A stretch of 64,000 bases of DNA from Camelus dromedarius (taxonomy: Eukaryota), in NCBI RefSeq assembly GCF_036321535.1, contig NC_087437.1:6572001-6636000 (forward strand), written 5' to 3'. Numbering within the stretch: position 1 is the stretch's first letter; every line of letters begins with the position of its first letter. The translations under genes were made by a program, and so were the position numbers. Below the pieces are notes generated by a model. That model ran no database searches. It was not told the DNA's origin and worked only from the letters and a program-made list of their open reading frames with translations. Positions 12,689 through 24,642 of the stretch are shown here, in pieces.

Positions 12689-13689
12689 AAAGCATCTTAC
12701 TGAGTCCTCATTTGGAAGAATAGGGTAACGCATTTTAGTGTTTATGTGAACTGATATCAATGATCAGAAAGGACATCATAATGCAAGAAATACAATAGCT
12801 TTTTTTTTTTTTTATGGCAGGTATAGCTGATTGAGTTCTTTGGGAAAAAAGACAATTACTGAGAAGAGAAAATAGCAAGGTGTTTCTGTCTCCAGGGTCT
12901 GGAGATATTTAAGTCCTTGGCTTTTATTAAAAGGGTGCTTGGGGAGTTTCTCAAATGAAGACATGGTGCAGGGACCACATTTCATGGCATGGCTGCGTAT
13001 AGATAGCTGTCAAATATTTTCCGCAAAGATGCTGAGTGCGGATGGATGGCGGATTTGGCATGTCAAAAAGCATTGCCCCCCAGATCAAGCCCAGTGGATG
13101 AATTACCACGAATGACTGGGTGTGCAATCAAGCCCTCTCTGAGTGTCCTGCTGTCACGGTGACAGTTCACATAGAGAATACTTGCATTAGATCCCTTTGG
13201 TGCTCTTTGCATCATTAATAGGAAGGTGATGGAATCCTGTGCAGTGAGTCAGGATGAGCCAAATCCTTTGTCAACACCTAAGACTTAGATCAAAGATCGG
13301 AATAAAGCAGGGGTGGGTGGTGGGGAAATGATGAAAGAGGAAACAGAAATTAAGAAGTTGATGGGATGTTCTGGAAACATTTGATAAATGAAGCACTGTT
13401 GAAGTACAACACTGAGTATTTTTGATTACAGTGCTTTATTAGGAAATAGACAGTCAGCCACTTCACTTTTAAATCAAGTTTTCTTGAGTTAGTTTATTCC
13501 TCTGTCAGGCAAGGCAAATATATTTGTCTTCCTTCAAGTCACCATGCCCTCTCCAGTTACCTTTGTTGGAAACATCCGGGAGTCAAACTGGTCTTGCTTT
13601 CCCCATTTTGTTTTATTTTCCTAGCCACTCCTCTCAGGGAGGCCCAGGAATAGAACAGCATTTCAATGTGGTTGCTTTCTTAGCAACCC

Positions 13690-13785
13690 TGTATATTTTT
13701 ATTTTATGCATTTAAGAACATTATTCTGAGAATAGGTCCCTAGGCTTCCATGGGAGTCCATGGCCCAAGACAGCTTAAAGATGTA
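13690..13785. mobile_element. hAT-Charlie terminal fragment
   Basis: atttaagaacattattctgagaataggtccctaggcttcc...gtccatggcccaag resembles a Charlie-family end. Confidence 0.45.
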
Positions 13786-14164
13786 GACTTGAAATAGAGC
13801 AGACCATTGAAAAAACCCCAGCCCCCCCCCCCCAAACAACACATGAGAGGTACTCAAACAGAAACACAGCCTGAGTCAAGTGGCAGGTATGAAGTTCTTG
13901 CTTCCTTTCTCTCTGCCTCTGAAGAGGAGGAATGTCTTAGAATGCTGAGGACCCAGCAGAGATGAGGAAAGCATTCCAAATGCGATAGACTTTGGCAATA
14001 AATAAGGCAAGTCCTTATTATTCACTTCTGTCCATCTCCCTCTTTTCTTAGAAAGCTTTCCTGCTTTCCCATTTCCCCGCTTCCTTTGTTCTTTCCTTCA
14101 AATGATCCTGACTTCTTATACCAAAATTCCAGTAAAGTATCAGCTTCAAGAGACTGGAGACTGC

Positions 14165-14240
14165 TTTGTGTTCTTCCAGGATCTGGCACACAGTAGGAGG
14201 TCAATAAACATTTGATGAATGAATGAGTGAATGAATGAAC
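14165..14240 (+). mobile_element. L2 3' terminus
   Basis: ctggcacacagtaggaggtcaataaacatttgatgaatgaatgagtgaatgaatgaa. Confidence 0.8.
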
Positions 14241-15049
14241 TTGTTTTGGAGAAGGAAATGGTAATCTGTGTTGGAGATTTCCTGTGTGGACAAGCAAAGG
14301 CTTAAAAGAGCCAATAAGATGTCAACAATCAAAGCTGGAGATGAAATCTTATGAAAAACGTTCATTCCTACCAGAAGACAAATTTGAAGCCTCAGATGTG
14401 AGGGCTGTCCAGCAGAAAGCTGATATGACAGCATGAACATCACCCAACTAAGAGTGCCCAGGCACAAAGGATGTCCTCCCTGGACATCCCCCAGGCATAC
14501 CACCTGGGTCCTAAAGAGGGCGCCCTACAGTGGGTCAGGCAGTACCCTTGTCACCAATAATCTCTTTAAAAACATTAAAAAATATTTCATGCATAAAAAC
14601 TTGAGTAAAATAAACATCCAATGTCAGGAGTAGGGCATTGTAAATGGGATTTACACCTGTTCTAAATCCATCCTTCACCTTCCCCACTGGAAGTAATGCC
14701 ATCATGGTTCTGATTTGGGTTTTTTCATTCTTTTGCCTTTTTGTTATAGTTCTATTACAAAGATGATTATCAATAATATATTGTTCAACTTTGTAATTTT
14801 TTTACATACAGTATCATGTTGTTTTATGTATTTTTATGTGATTTAATTTTTTCCACTAAAATTATGTATCTGAAATTCATCCCTGTTGATGTGTGTAGCA
14901 GTGGTTTGCTGATTTCTCAGTGCTGTATAGTATTCCATTATGTGAATGACCTCAATTTGTATGGTTGCCTGTTGATAGCACCTTGATTAGTTTTCATCTC
15001 TTGGTGCCACAGCCAATGGTGTGGTAAGCATTCTCACATAGTATCCTGA

Positions 15050-15456
15050 GGTTAAACATAAGGAAAATAAAGAAATACATTTTTAATTTATTGAAGACAT
15101 ATTTTTGTTGCAGAGAAGTATAATGGAGTGATCAATAAAGTACTTTTAAACATATAAGGAATCAAATTAGGAACAATATAAAATTTCTGACTTTGAAGAC
15201 AAATTCATACACATATTTTAAATGAATGATGAAAATTATTATGAAATGCCAAATTATTATGGTTTTAAAATACCTTGAGATACATTTATGAGTGATGTAA
15301 AAATTTCAATATTGATTTGAGTAGACCAGAAACTATGTCTTCTGGGACTGTTCAAATTGGTGATGAAACTTTTTGGATAACTTAAAACTGTGCAAGGAGG
15401 CACTCAATTAAAAAAGTTCTTGTGACCTTAGACATGCAAGTAGTTTTAAAGACCAC
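15050..15456. mobile_element. hAT-Charlie DNA transposon fragment nested in old L1
   Basis: A-rich block that interrupts the L1 and ends aaactgtgcaaggagg...ttttaaagaccact, like a Charlie terminus. Confidence 0.5.
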
Positions 15457-15749
15457 TTAGAAATGGGATTGCTGGGTCATAGTTTATGTGTGTGTTCAGC
15501 TTTTCAAGAGAAGGCCAAATCATCTTCCAAACTGGTTGTTCTGATTTCCACTTTTATCAGCAAATGACAGTTTGCTCCACACTCTTGTCAACATTTGATT
15601 TAATAGTCAGACTTTTGAATTTTTGCCAATGTGGTGCAGGTAAAATTGTATCTGATGGGAGTTCTAGTATGTGCTTCCCTTTTTACATTGGAGCATTTCC
15701 TCGGATGTTTCCTTGGCCATTTGGGTCCCCCCTTCTATGAAATATTCAT

Positions 15750-16137
15750 GTATGCCTATTCCTGCTTAGAGATGCTCTGCTCACTATTACCTGTGCTATT
15801 CCCCCCAGTTTCCCATCCTCCTTCCTATCAGGTGGGATCGTGTGAGTAGTTCTGGCTGATGGGCCATGAGAGTGTAGGGCATTTAAGAGTTGGTACCTGA
15901 CTCCTGAGCTATCTTCTCCTGAGACTGTGATCGTGGGTGCAGGTGGGGATGGTGGGAGCCACAGGATGGAAACTGTTGACATGATGGAATCACTGTGGAA
16001 AGGACAGCAGCCCTGGAGAGTCACATTACCTTCAGGAGACCATCTCTGAGCAGGAAATAAACCTTGGCAGGGTTTAATCCACTGAGATTTTTAAGCTTAT
16101 TTGTTATCCCAGCATAGTCTAACCTATTCTGACATTA
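15750..16137 (+). mobile_element. MLT1-type ERVL-MaLR LTR nested in old L1
   Basis: aaataaacc...tttaatccactgagattt...tttgttatcccagcatagtctaacctattctgaca, MLT1 3' end signature. 5' boundary uncertain. Confidence 0.7.
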
Positions 16138-17075
16138 TGATTTATTTTGTTCACTTAAAAATTTTTACTCTTTAGTCATTAATAAGGATTCTTTATGTAT
16201 TCTGGATACTGATGCTTTTCTGTGTTGTATATACAAACATATCCTTTCAGTTTGTGGATTCTATTTTTAATTCTCCTTATGATATCAATTGGTGAACAGT
16301 AATTCTTCATTTTCATGGAGTCAAACTTATTAATTTTGTACTTTATGATTTGTAAATTTCATATTTTGAAAAAGCAATCCTACCCAACTTTAAGGTCATT
16401 TAGATAGCATATTTTTTCCCCAAAAGCTTTAACATTTTGTTTTTTACTTTTAAGATTTTATTTATCTTTGAATTAACTTTTTGATCTAAAGCAAAAGTAT
16501 TAATCTCATTTTATTCTCTTTTCTGTTATGGGTAACCGTAGTCTATTATTTCCTCTTTGATATGCGGTGCCACCTCTCATGTAAATCAATTTCCATATAT
16601 ATTGGTGTCTGATTTGAGCTCTCTAACTGATCATTTGGTCTACATATCTATCTCTGTGCCTAAACTATATTAATTACTATGGATTTAATATGTACATGTT
16701 TCCTAGGAGAGCAGTTTCTTTTACTTTGTTGTTTTTTATGAGTGACTAATCATGGTCCTTTGCTCTTCCATACACATTTTTAAATTGGCAGATCAATTGA
16801 AAATCTGTTTGGATTTTGATTAGAACTGCATTGACTTTTTAGATACATTTGGGCAGAGTTGACCTCTTCATTGTATTGATACTATCCATCCATTTGTTTA
16901 TTATCCATTCTGATTATTTAGACCTTTTCATCATCTTTCAAATTTTTATAATTTCCTCCATCAAGGTTTTTTTAGTATCTATTTTCAAATTTATTTTTAG
17001 GAATTTTATATATTTTTCTTGCCCTTGAATGTGGTATCTTTTAAGTCTTTACTATGCAACAGTATCAGTTCTGCT

Positions 17076-17325
17076 ATTTTTTTTTAAATAGTAAATTTAT
17101 TGAATTGTGTAGATGTCACTACAATCCATTTTTAGAACATTTACATTACTCCTCAAATTTCCCTCAATCTTGCTTGCAAATAAGCCCAGTTCCAATCCCC
17201 CTAGTTGTGGGGAAACACTGATCTGCTTTTTGCTTCTTTTAATTTGTCTTTATGGACTATTTCATATAAATTGAATCATATAGCATGTAGTGCTTTATGT
17301 CTGGCTTCTCTTAATTAGTATTGTT
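17076..17325 (-). mobile_element. L1MA/L1MB-type 3' end
   Basis: T tract, then ttttagaacatttacattactcc...tttcatataaattgaatcatatagcatgtag...tctggcttctc. Confidence 0.7.
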
Positions 17326-17635
17326 CTGTTTATTCAATCCCCCTTTTGTCTGGATTATTTGAAAAATAAAAACCCAGACATTTCATAATTTCACAAATAC
17401 TTCAGTATTCTTGTCTAAGTAATATGGATTTTTTTAAAACCCACAATGACCCCATCATGGTCACACTTAATAAAATTAGTACTTCCTTTATACTATCTAA
17501 TACCAAGTCCACGATGCAATGTCCCTGATTGTCTCCAAGATGGCTAGTTTGAATGAGGATTCAAACAAATACTACATGTTGCAGTTGGTTGTTTGTCCTC
17601 AGGTCTCTTATCCATACGATCCTCTTCCTCTCCTG

Positions 17636-18198
17636 CCTTTTTTTTTTAATTGAAGTACAGTCAGTTTACAATGTTGTGCCAATTTCTGGTGTACAGCACA
17701 ATGCTTCAGTCATACATGAACATACATATATTCATTTTCATATTTTTTCACTGTAAGCTACTATAAGATATAGAATACAGTTCCCTGTGCTCTACAGTTT
17801 AAACTTGTTTATCTATTTTATATATACCAGTCAGCATCCGCATATTTCGAACTCCCAGTTTATCACTTCCCACCCCTTACCCTCTGGTAACCATAGGTTT
17901 GTTTTCTATGTCTGAGTCTGTTTCTGTTTTGTAAGTAAGTTCATTTGTCTTTTTTTTCTTTTTTTTTTTCAGATTCCACATATGAGTGATATCATATGGT
18001 ATTTTTCTTTCTCTTTCTGGCTTAGTTCACTTAGAATGACATTCTCCAGGACTATCTATGTTGCAAATGGCATTATTTTATTCTTTTTATGGCTCAGTGG
18101 TATTTCATTGTATAAATATACCACAACTTCTTTATCCAGTTGATGGACATTTAGGTTGTTTCCATGTCTTGGCTGTTGTAACTAGTGCTGCTATGAAC
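17636..18198 (-). mobile_element. Young lineage-specific L1 3' end, 5'-truncated (type A: gaagtacagtcagtttacaatg)
   Basis: Poly-T, then L1 3' UTR. TSD tcctctcctg at 17626-17635 and 18199-18208. Confidence 0.9.
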
Positions 18199-18409
18199 TC
18201 CTCTCCTGTTTTTAATTGATTTATTGAAATACCCAGGTTGTTTGCCCTCTCGAATGTCCTGGGTTTGGCTGCTTGCTTCCCTGTTGTGTCATCTAAATTG
18301 TCGCTCTATGACTCATATTTCCTGTAATCTGGGAGCTATTTCTAGAGGCTAGGTTATATATACATATTTATTATGTATTTTTATATATAAGTTATATATT
18401 TACCTTATA

Positions 18410-18740
18410 GGACTGCTACTGCTCCTAAGTTTGAATAGGTAAAGAGAAAGAATGCTGTTACCAGGTAAGGGCTGGAGTGATAGAAGATGGGCCACCTGAT
18501 GAGAGCTGTGGCCAAAGGAAAAAGAAACCGCTGTCAGGAACGCAGCCTGGGCTAGAGCAAGAGGACTGGCACTAGTCTCTCTCTCCTCCCACCATCCATC
18601 CCCTGCCAGAGCTGGCCACTGGCTGAACCCACCTGGGGAGCAGTGCGAAGCAGTTCATCCAGGTCATCAGACTCCTGGGTGACCGAGCAGAGCCAGGAGG
18701 GCACAGAGAATCAGGGACCAATAGAGGATAATCAACACAG
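18410..18740 (-). mobile_element. ERVL LTR (LTR33/LTR41-like)
   Basis: Reverse complement starts tgtgttgattatcctc...ctctgctc...ggtgggttcagccagtgg, like the LTR33-group 5' end. Confidence 0.6.
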
Positions 18741-19545
18741 CACGCATTGATGATCATTTCCTTGTTCTATTATTTCATTAAGTAGGGCAAAAATGTTAAT
18801 TATCTAATTCTGTCCTTCCTACTTTATTCATTAGCTGGAGTTTTTTTGTAAGGAAGGCTTTCCTTTTGTTTACTGTTTGGTTGCTCTGAAAATTCAATTT
18901 ATATAAAAAGGCAGAAAATAATCCTTGACTCTTTCAACGTATTAATTAATGTCCAGAGTAATTAGTAGGTGTCTTAGCAACTTTCAATGGTGACATGAGT
19001 TTTTAATCAATATCGCTATGAACTATAGATTTTTATATATTTGGTATGTTTCAACTATTGGGGTCATTATTTGTTTTAATGCTCAAATTATCCCTTCTTA
19101 GTCCAGTGGGAGTTTTCAGCCCAGTTTCAGTTTCACTGCTGTGTCCTTTTAAGCTGGCTCCATTAGTCTTTTACAGCTTTCTTCCTTTCCAGCACAAAAG
19201 ATGTCCTAAACTTACGTTGTACATTTCCTACCCTACGGCTATAAGCAGTAATTTCTCCAAAAAGCCCTGATACCTTCTGTGGCGACTGGTGTTTAGAAAC
19301 CTTCATTCTAAGGGCTAGGGCTGCCTATTATTTCTGAGTCACCATTGCTTCTGGGTCTTGAAAGTGGACAGAACTAGGAAATATGTGAAAGTTTGTAAGA
19401 AGAAGAATATTGTGAGAATTTTCCAAATGAAACTTCAGTTTGTGAAGTTTTAACTTTGTATACTTTTTCTCTTACCCAGAAAATCTTGGTTCCTACAGCA
19501 CAATTGTTTGCTTTATTCTATAATATAATATTAATGGCTTCAAAA

Positions 19546-20640
19546 TAACAATACTAATTCTCTCAATCCAAGAGTTCAGGGTATTTTTCCGTTTCTTTGT
19601 ATTATTTTCAAATCTTTTTATCAATGTTTTATAGTTTTCAAAGAAAAAGTATTTAACCCCCTGAGTTAAGTTTACTCTTGGTATTTTTTTTTCTTTTTGA
19701 TGTGATTGTAAATGGGATTTTCCCCTTAATTTCTCTTTCTGATAGCTCATTATTAGTGAACAGAAAAGCAGCAGATTTCTGTACATTAATTTTGTATCCT
19801 GCAACTTTACTGAATTCATTTATTAGTTCTAATAGTTTTTTTCGGTGAAGACTTGAGGGTTTTCTATGTATAATATCATGGCATCTGCAAATAGCGACAG
19901 TTTTACTTCTTCCTTTCAAATTTAGATGCCTTTTACTTCTTTTTCTGAACTGATTTCTGTGGCTAGGATGTTCAAAACCATATTAAATTAAAGTGGTGAG
20001 AATAGGCATCCTTCTCTTGTTCCTGATTTTAGAGGAAAAGCTTTCAGCTTTTCACCATTGGCCACGGTGTTAGCTGTAGGTTTGTCACAAGGCTCTTTAT
20101 TATGCTGAGGTATGTTCCTCTATGCCAACTTTGATGAGAGTGTTTATCGTGAATAGATGTTGACTTCTGAAAAATTATTTTTCTGTGTCTATTGAGATGA
20201 CCATGTGATTTTTGTCCTTTCTTTTCTAAATGTGATGTATCACATTGATTGATTTGAGAATACCGAACCATTCTTGCATCCCTGGAATAAATCCCTCTTG
20301 ATCATGGTGTATATATATATATTTTTATATATTGTTGAATTCAATTTATTAATGTTTTGTTGTGGATTTTTGTATCTATATTCATTTAAGATATTGGCCT
20401 GTAATTTTCTTTCTTTCTTTTTTTTTTTTTTTTTTGTAGTGTCTTTGGTTTTGGTATCAGGGTATGGTGGCCTCATAGAATGAATTTGGGAGTGTTCTGT
20501 CCTCTTCAACTGTTTGGAATAGTTTAAGGACAAGTATTAGCTCTTCTTTATTTGGTAGAATTCCCCTGTGAAGCCATACAGTCGTAGGCTTTTGTTTGTG
20601 GGACTTTTTTATTATTATTACAAATTCAATTTCACTACTA
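19546..20640 (-). mobile_element. L1 ORF2 (RT domain) fragment, inverted 5' segment
   Basis: Translates to KEEVKLSLFADAMILYIENP and [23 protein letters not shown], with frameshifts. The catalytic FADD motif reads FADA. Confidence 0.95.
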
Positions 20641-21265
20641 ATATCCATACTACCCAAAGCAATCTATGGATTTAATGCAATCTCTATCAAAATACCCATG
20701 ACATTTTTACAGAATTAGAACTAATAGTCTTAAAATTTATATGGCACCACAAAAGATCCTGAATTGCCGCAGCAATCTTGAGAAAAAGGAACAAAGCTGG
20801 AAGTATCACACTCCCTGACTTCAGACAATACTGCAAAGCTATCGTAATCAAAGTAGCATGGTACTGGCCCCAAACAGTCATGTAAATCAATAGAACAGAA
20901 TAGAGACCCCAGAAATAAACCCATACACATATGGTCAATTAATCTATGACAGAGGAGGCAAGAATATACAATGGAAAAAATGCAGCCTCTTCAATAAGCT
21001 GTGCAGGGGAAACTGGACAGCTACCTGGAAAAGAATGAGAGGAGACCATTTCCTCACACCTTATACAAAAATAAACTCAAAATGGATTAAAGAACTCCAT
21101 GGAAATCGTGAAACTCTTAGGAGAAAACATAGGTGGTAAACTCTTTGATATAAATTGTAGCAGTGTTTTTTGGATCTGTCTCCTCAGGCAAAAGAAATAA
21201 AAGCAAGCATAAACAAATGGAGCCTAATTAATCTTAAAAGCTTTTTCACAACAAAGGAAACCATA
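20641..21265 (+). mobile_element. L1 ORF2 fragment, non-inverted segment of the same insertion
   Basis: tccatactacccaaagcaatctatggatttaatgcaatctctatcaaaataccc (SILPKAIYGFNAISIKIP) continues the L1 exactly where the inverted part stops. Confidence 0.95.
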
Positions 21266-21544
21266 ATGTAATTAATTTTATTCATTATTATTTAATTTTA
21301 TTAACATAATTTTTTTGTGTTAAACAAATATCTTTAAATATCACTTTAAAAATAATTTGTAGTTTTATTTGAGTTTTCGTTCTGTTTTGAAATTTTATTT
21401 TCTTTTATTCCACTCTTTCTAGTTTGAAAGTTATCATGCTTGATTGGTGTGTCAGTTGACACATAACATAGATACTATCTCTGTTTCATAATTTTTCGTC
21501 CCCTTGATGCTTCCAAGTAGCAGACTGTGTATTTTTATTTCTTA

Positions 21545-21915
21545 TTTTTCAAAATTTATTTTAATTTTTAAATTGAAGCATAGTTGCTGTGCAACATTAT
21601 AAAAGTTACAGGTGTACAATATAATGGTTCACAATTTTTAAAGGTTATACTCCATTTATAGTTTTTATAAAGTATTGGCCACATTCCCCATGTTGTACAA
21701 TATATCCTTGAAGCTTATTTTATATCTAATAGTTTGTACCTCTTAATCCCTTCCCCCTATATTGCCCCTCCTCTCCTCCCTCCCCCGACTGCCAACCACT
21801 ATTTTGTTCTCTGTATCTGTGAGTCTGCTTCTTTTTGTTATATTCACTAATTTTTTCATATTTTTGATTTCACATATAAGTGATATCATGCAGTATTTGT
21901 CTTTCTCTGACTTAA
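21545..21915 (-). mobile_element. L1 3' end (cetartiodactyl-type), 5'-truncated
   Basis: aattgaagcatagttg...aaaggttatactccatttatagtt...cacatataagtgatatcatgcagtatttgtctttctctgactta. Confidence 0.85.
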
Positions 21916-22019
21916 TTGAATTTCCTATTTAAAAAATCCTATTGTATGTTAATTAATGTAGTTTCTCTTTTTGCTTTCTAAACTTGTCTTCTTTATTAAA
22001 CTGAAAAAAAAAGGAGTCT

Positions 22020-24030
22020 TTTCAAACTTTGCTGCCTAGGACCACCATAGAGGGTTTCTTTTCCAATTTTAAAAACAATGACCCCCAGATTCTATTTTAT
22101 ATGTTTTGTGGACTGTAGATTTTCCGTAGACACCACTTTTTTCTGCTTAAGGAAGTTAACTTGATTTTCTAGTTTGCAGTTAATCTTTGTCAAGAATGGG
22201 TCAGTGGGTGCAAAAAAGTTTCTGAATGATTTTTTGCACCCACTGAGACCATCATATGGTTTTATCACTTTTTAAACCACTGTGGTGAATTATAAGACTG
22301 TCTATAATTAAACTAAATTTGCCTTCCTGGGATAAACCCACCTTGATTAAGAAACATTTCATTCTGAAAAATTATAAGGCTGGATTTAGTTTGTTAAAAT
22401 TTTGTTCAGAATTTTGCATCCATATTCATGAATGAGATTGACCTATATTTTCCTTTTCTTTTAGGACTTTATATGAGTTAAATTTCAAGATTATTCTAGT
22501 TTCATAAAAAGAATTGGGAACTGCTTCCTCTTTTTTGTATTCCCTGCATAAATTAAACATTTTGTTCCATGATAGCTTAAAATAATTCACTTATAAAACT
22601 GTCTGAGCCTTGTGGTATTTGGGGGGAAGATTTTTACAGTTACAGATACAGTGTTTGAAAGTGTTTACAGGATTATAGATATTTTCTGTCTCTTTTTGAT
22701 TCAGTTTTATTAAGTTGTGTATTTTAGTCGAATTTATCCATTTAAGTTTTAAATCATTAGCGTAATGTTCATGGTATTCTGATTGTTTTTATTTTCCATG
22801 TTTAAATTTCTGTAACCCATTTTTATTTACAATACTGTTTGTTTCTTTTTTTCTTGACCAATATATTTGTCTGGCATTGTTATATATTATTATATTCCAT
22901 TCTAAATTAATTTAAATGGTTAATTTATATTATTTAATAATTTTTCTTCCTTCTACTTTATTGACAGTAATTCTCTTTAATTTCCTAACTTTTACTTTGG
23001 ACATTTGCTCATTAAATTTCAGCCTTTCTTTTTTTCTATTATAAACTTTTAAAAAATGGCTCTGTATCCCACTTATTTTGGCTTGTTTTATTTTAAAATT
23101 TTCTTTGACCTCTGAGTAATTTAGAAATACATTTAAAATGTAAGACATAAATTTTAAAAAGTTACCCTTTTGTTATATTTTAAACTAAATTATATTTTAG
23201 TGAGGGAGCATAAAATATATGACACTATTTTTTTGAAATTCATTGATACTTTGCGCCCTGACACTTGATTGATTCTTGTTAGTGCTCTGTATGTGTTTGA
23301 GGTAATGTTACTCTCTAATTGTTTGGAGCAGGGTTCTTGTCTATTAAATCAAATTTGCTGATTTTGTTATCCAAATCTACATCCCTACTAATTTTTAGCT
23401 TTTAATTACTAAGATACATTTGTTAAATCTCCCACTAGAATGGTGCCTTTATTAACTTCTTGTAATTTTACGTAATTCAAGCTATTTTATTTGATGCAGT
23501 AAATTTTAGAATTGTTTTCCCCCTCTGGTCTGAGATCCATCTATATCCACATTTATGCCTATATGTCTGTCCCTACATCTGTGTCTGTAGAGCTGTCATG
23601 TCAGTTGTGAGGCTAATCTGTGGCTCACCTGAAGGCAGAGGGACAGTGTAATAAGTTTTAGAGAGACTGCAATTATTCTTAGATCCAGAGTTATGAACAG
23701 GACAGTTTTTCTGGTGACTCCCTTTGGGATGGGCAAGTGGATCTTTTTTTTTCTTGCTCATCCTTCTTTCCTTTGGGGAGTGACCACTACTTCTCACATC
23801 TTTAGGTTCATGTATTGACTTTTGCCTTCACGAAACTTGACTTTCAAGTTTCCTTGGCATTCTGGTTTCTATTTACTGTTACTTTTCCCCCACCCCTGGT
23901 GTTTTTTCCTTATCTTCTTGTGAGCTCGATGATGTATTTAAAAGTATGTTTGTTATGACATATCCAGCAGAAGTTATTTTGTGATGCACCATTTTTTCCC
24001 CCCAGATTATCCACCATATTGCCAGAAGTA
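22020..24030 (-). mobile_element. Old L1M ORF2 and upstream remnants
   Basis: cctgggataaacccaccttg, catattcatgaatgagattgacctatattttcc, ccaccatattgccagaagt. Highly degenerate. Confidence 0.65.
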
Positions 24031-24059
24031 TTAACCTCTCATCTTGCAATAGACTCTTA

Positions 24060-24615
24060 ACCAGTTTCTTCTTCATTCCATGCTCCACAAAGTAACCAGA
24101 ATACGATTTTTACACTCTGAATCTTATTATGTTTGCACATAGACTAAAATTCAAACTCTTTCCCGTGGTACACAATACCTACACAGTCTGGCCCCTGCCC
24201 ACATTTCAAACTCATCTTCTGCCTCTCCACCCTACAGACTTTCGTCCACCACGTTTCCTTTCTTTCTATTCTTTGATAAGCTAATATTATCCTTGCCTTA
24301 AATCTTTTCTTGATCTGTCCCCTCTGCCTTAGATGTTCCCTCCCAAGAGCTTTGTGGTCTTCCCATTATTCAGATTTCAACCTAAAAGTCATTTCTTCAG
24401 AGAAGACTTCTTTGATCATCCCATCTAAAGCAGCCTCCCCATAACTCTTACATCATCCTGGTTGGTTTCACAGCATTAATTGCCATTTGAAATTATCTTG
24501 TTTACTTGTTAATTTTCTCCCTCCCCTCACAAGGCTATAATTTCCATGAAGACAGGGACGTGATTCATTAATAGTTGCCCAACGCCTATATGAGTTTAGG
24601 TATCCAATAAATTCA
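24060..24615 (+). mobile_element. L2 3' region
   Basis: cctctgccttagatgttccctccc, ttcagagaagacttctttgatcatcccatctaaa, ctataatttccatgaagacaggga, caataaatt. Confidence 0.8.
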
Positions 24616-24642
24616 ATACATTCAGTATACATTTACCAAGTA

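Larger units (their letters stand above)
14650..17080 (-). mobile_element. Old L1 (L1ME/L1MD-type) 3' UTR and ORF2 remnants, interrupted by nested elements
   Basis: Typical antisense L1 phrases: gctgtatagtattccattatgtgaa, gggattgctgggtcatag, ttctggatact, ggattttgattagaactgcattga. T-rich composition. Confidence 0.75.
17350..19545 (-). mobile_element. L1MC4/5-type 3' region, interrupted by younger L1 and an LTR
   Basis: ttattttgaaaaataaaaacccagacatttcataatttcacaaatacttcagt, gatgtcctaaacttacgttgtacatttcc, aaatcttggttcct. Confidence 0.7.

Noticed and set aside
19493..20938. Active reverse transcriptase gene
   Set aside because: Frameshifted and truncated, and the catalytic FADD motif reads FADA.
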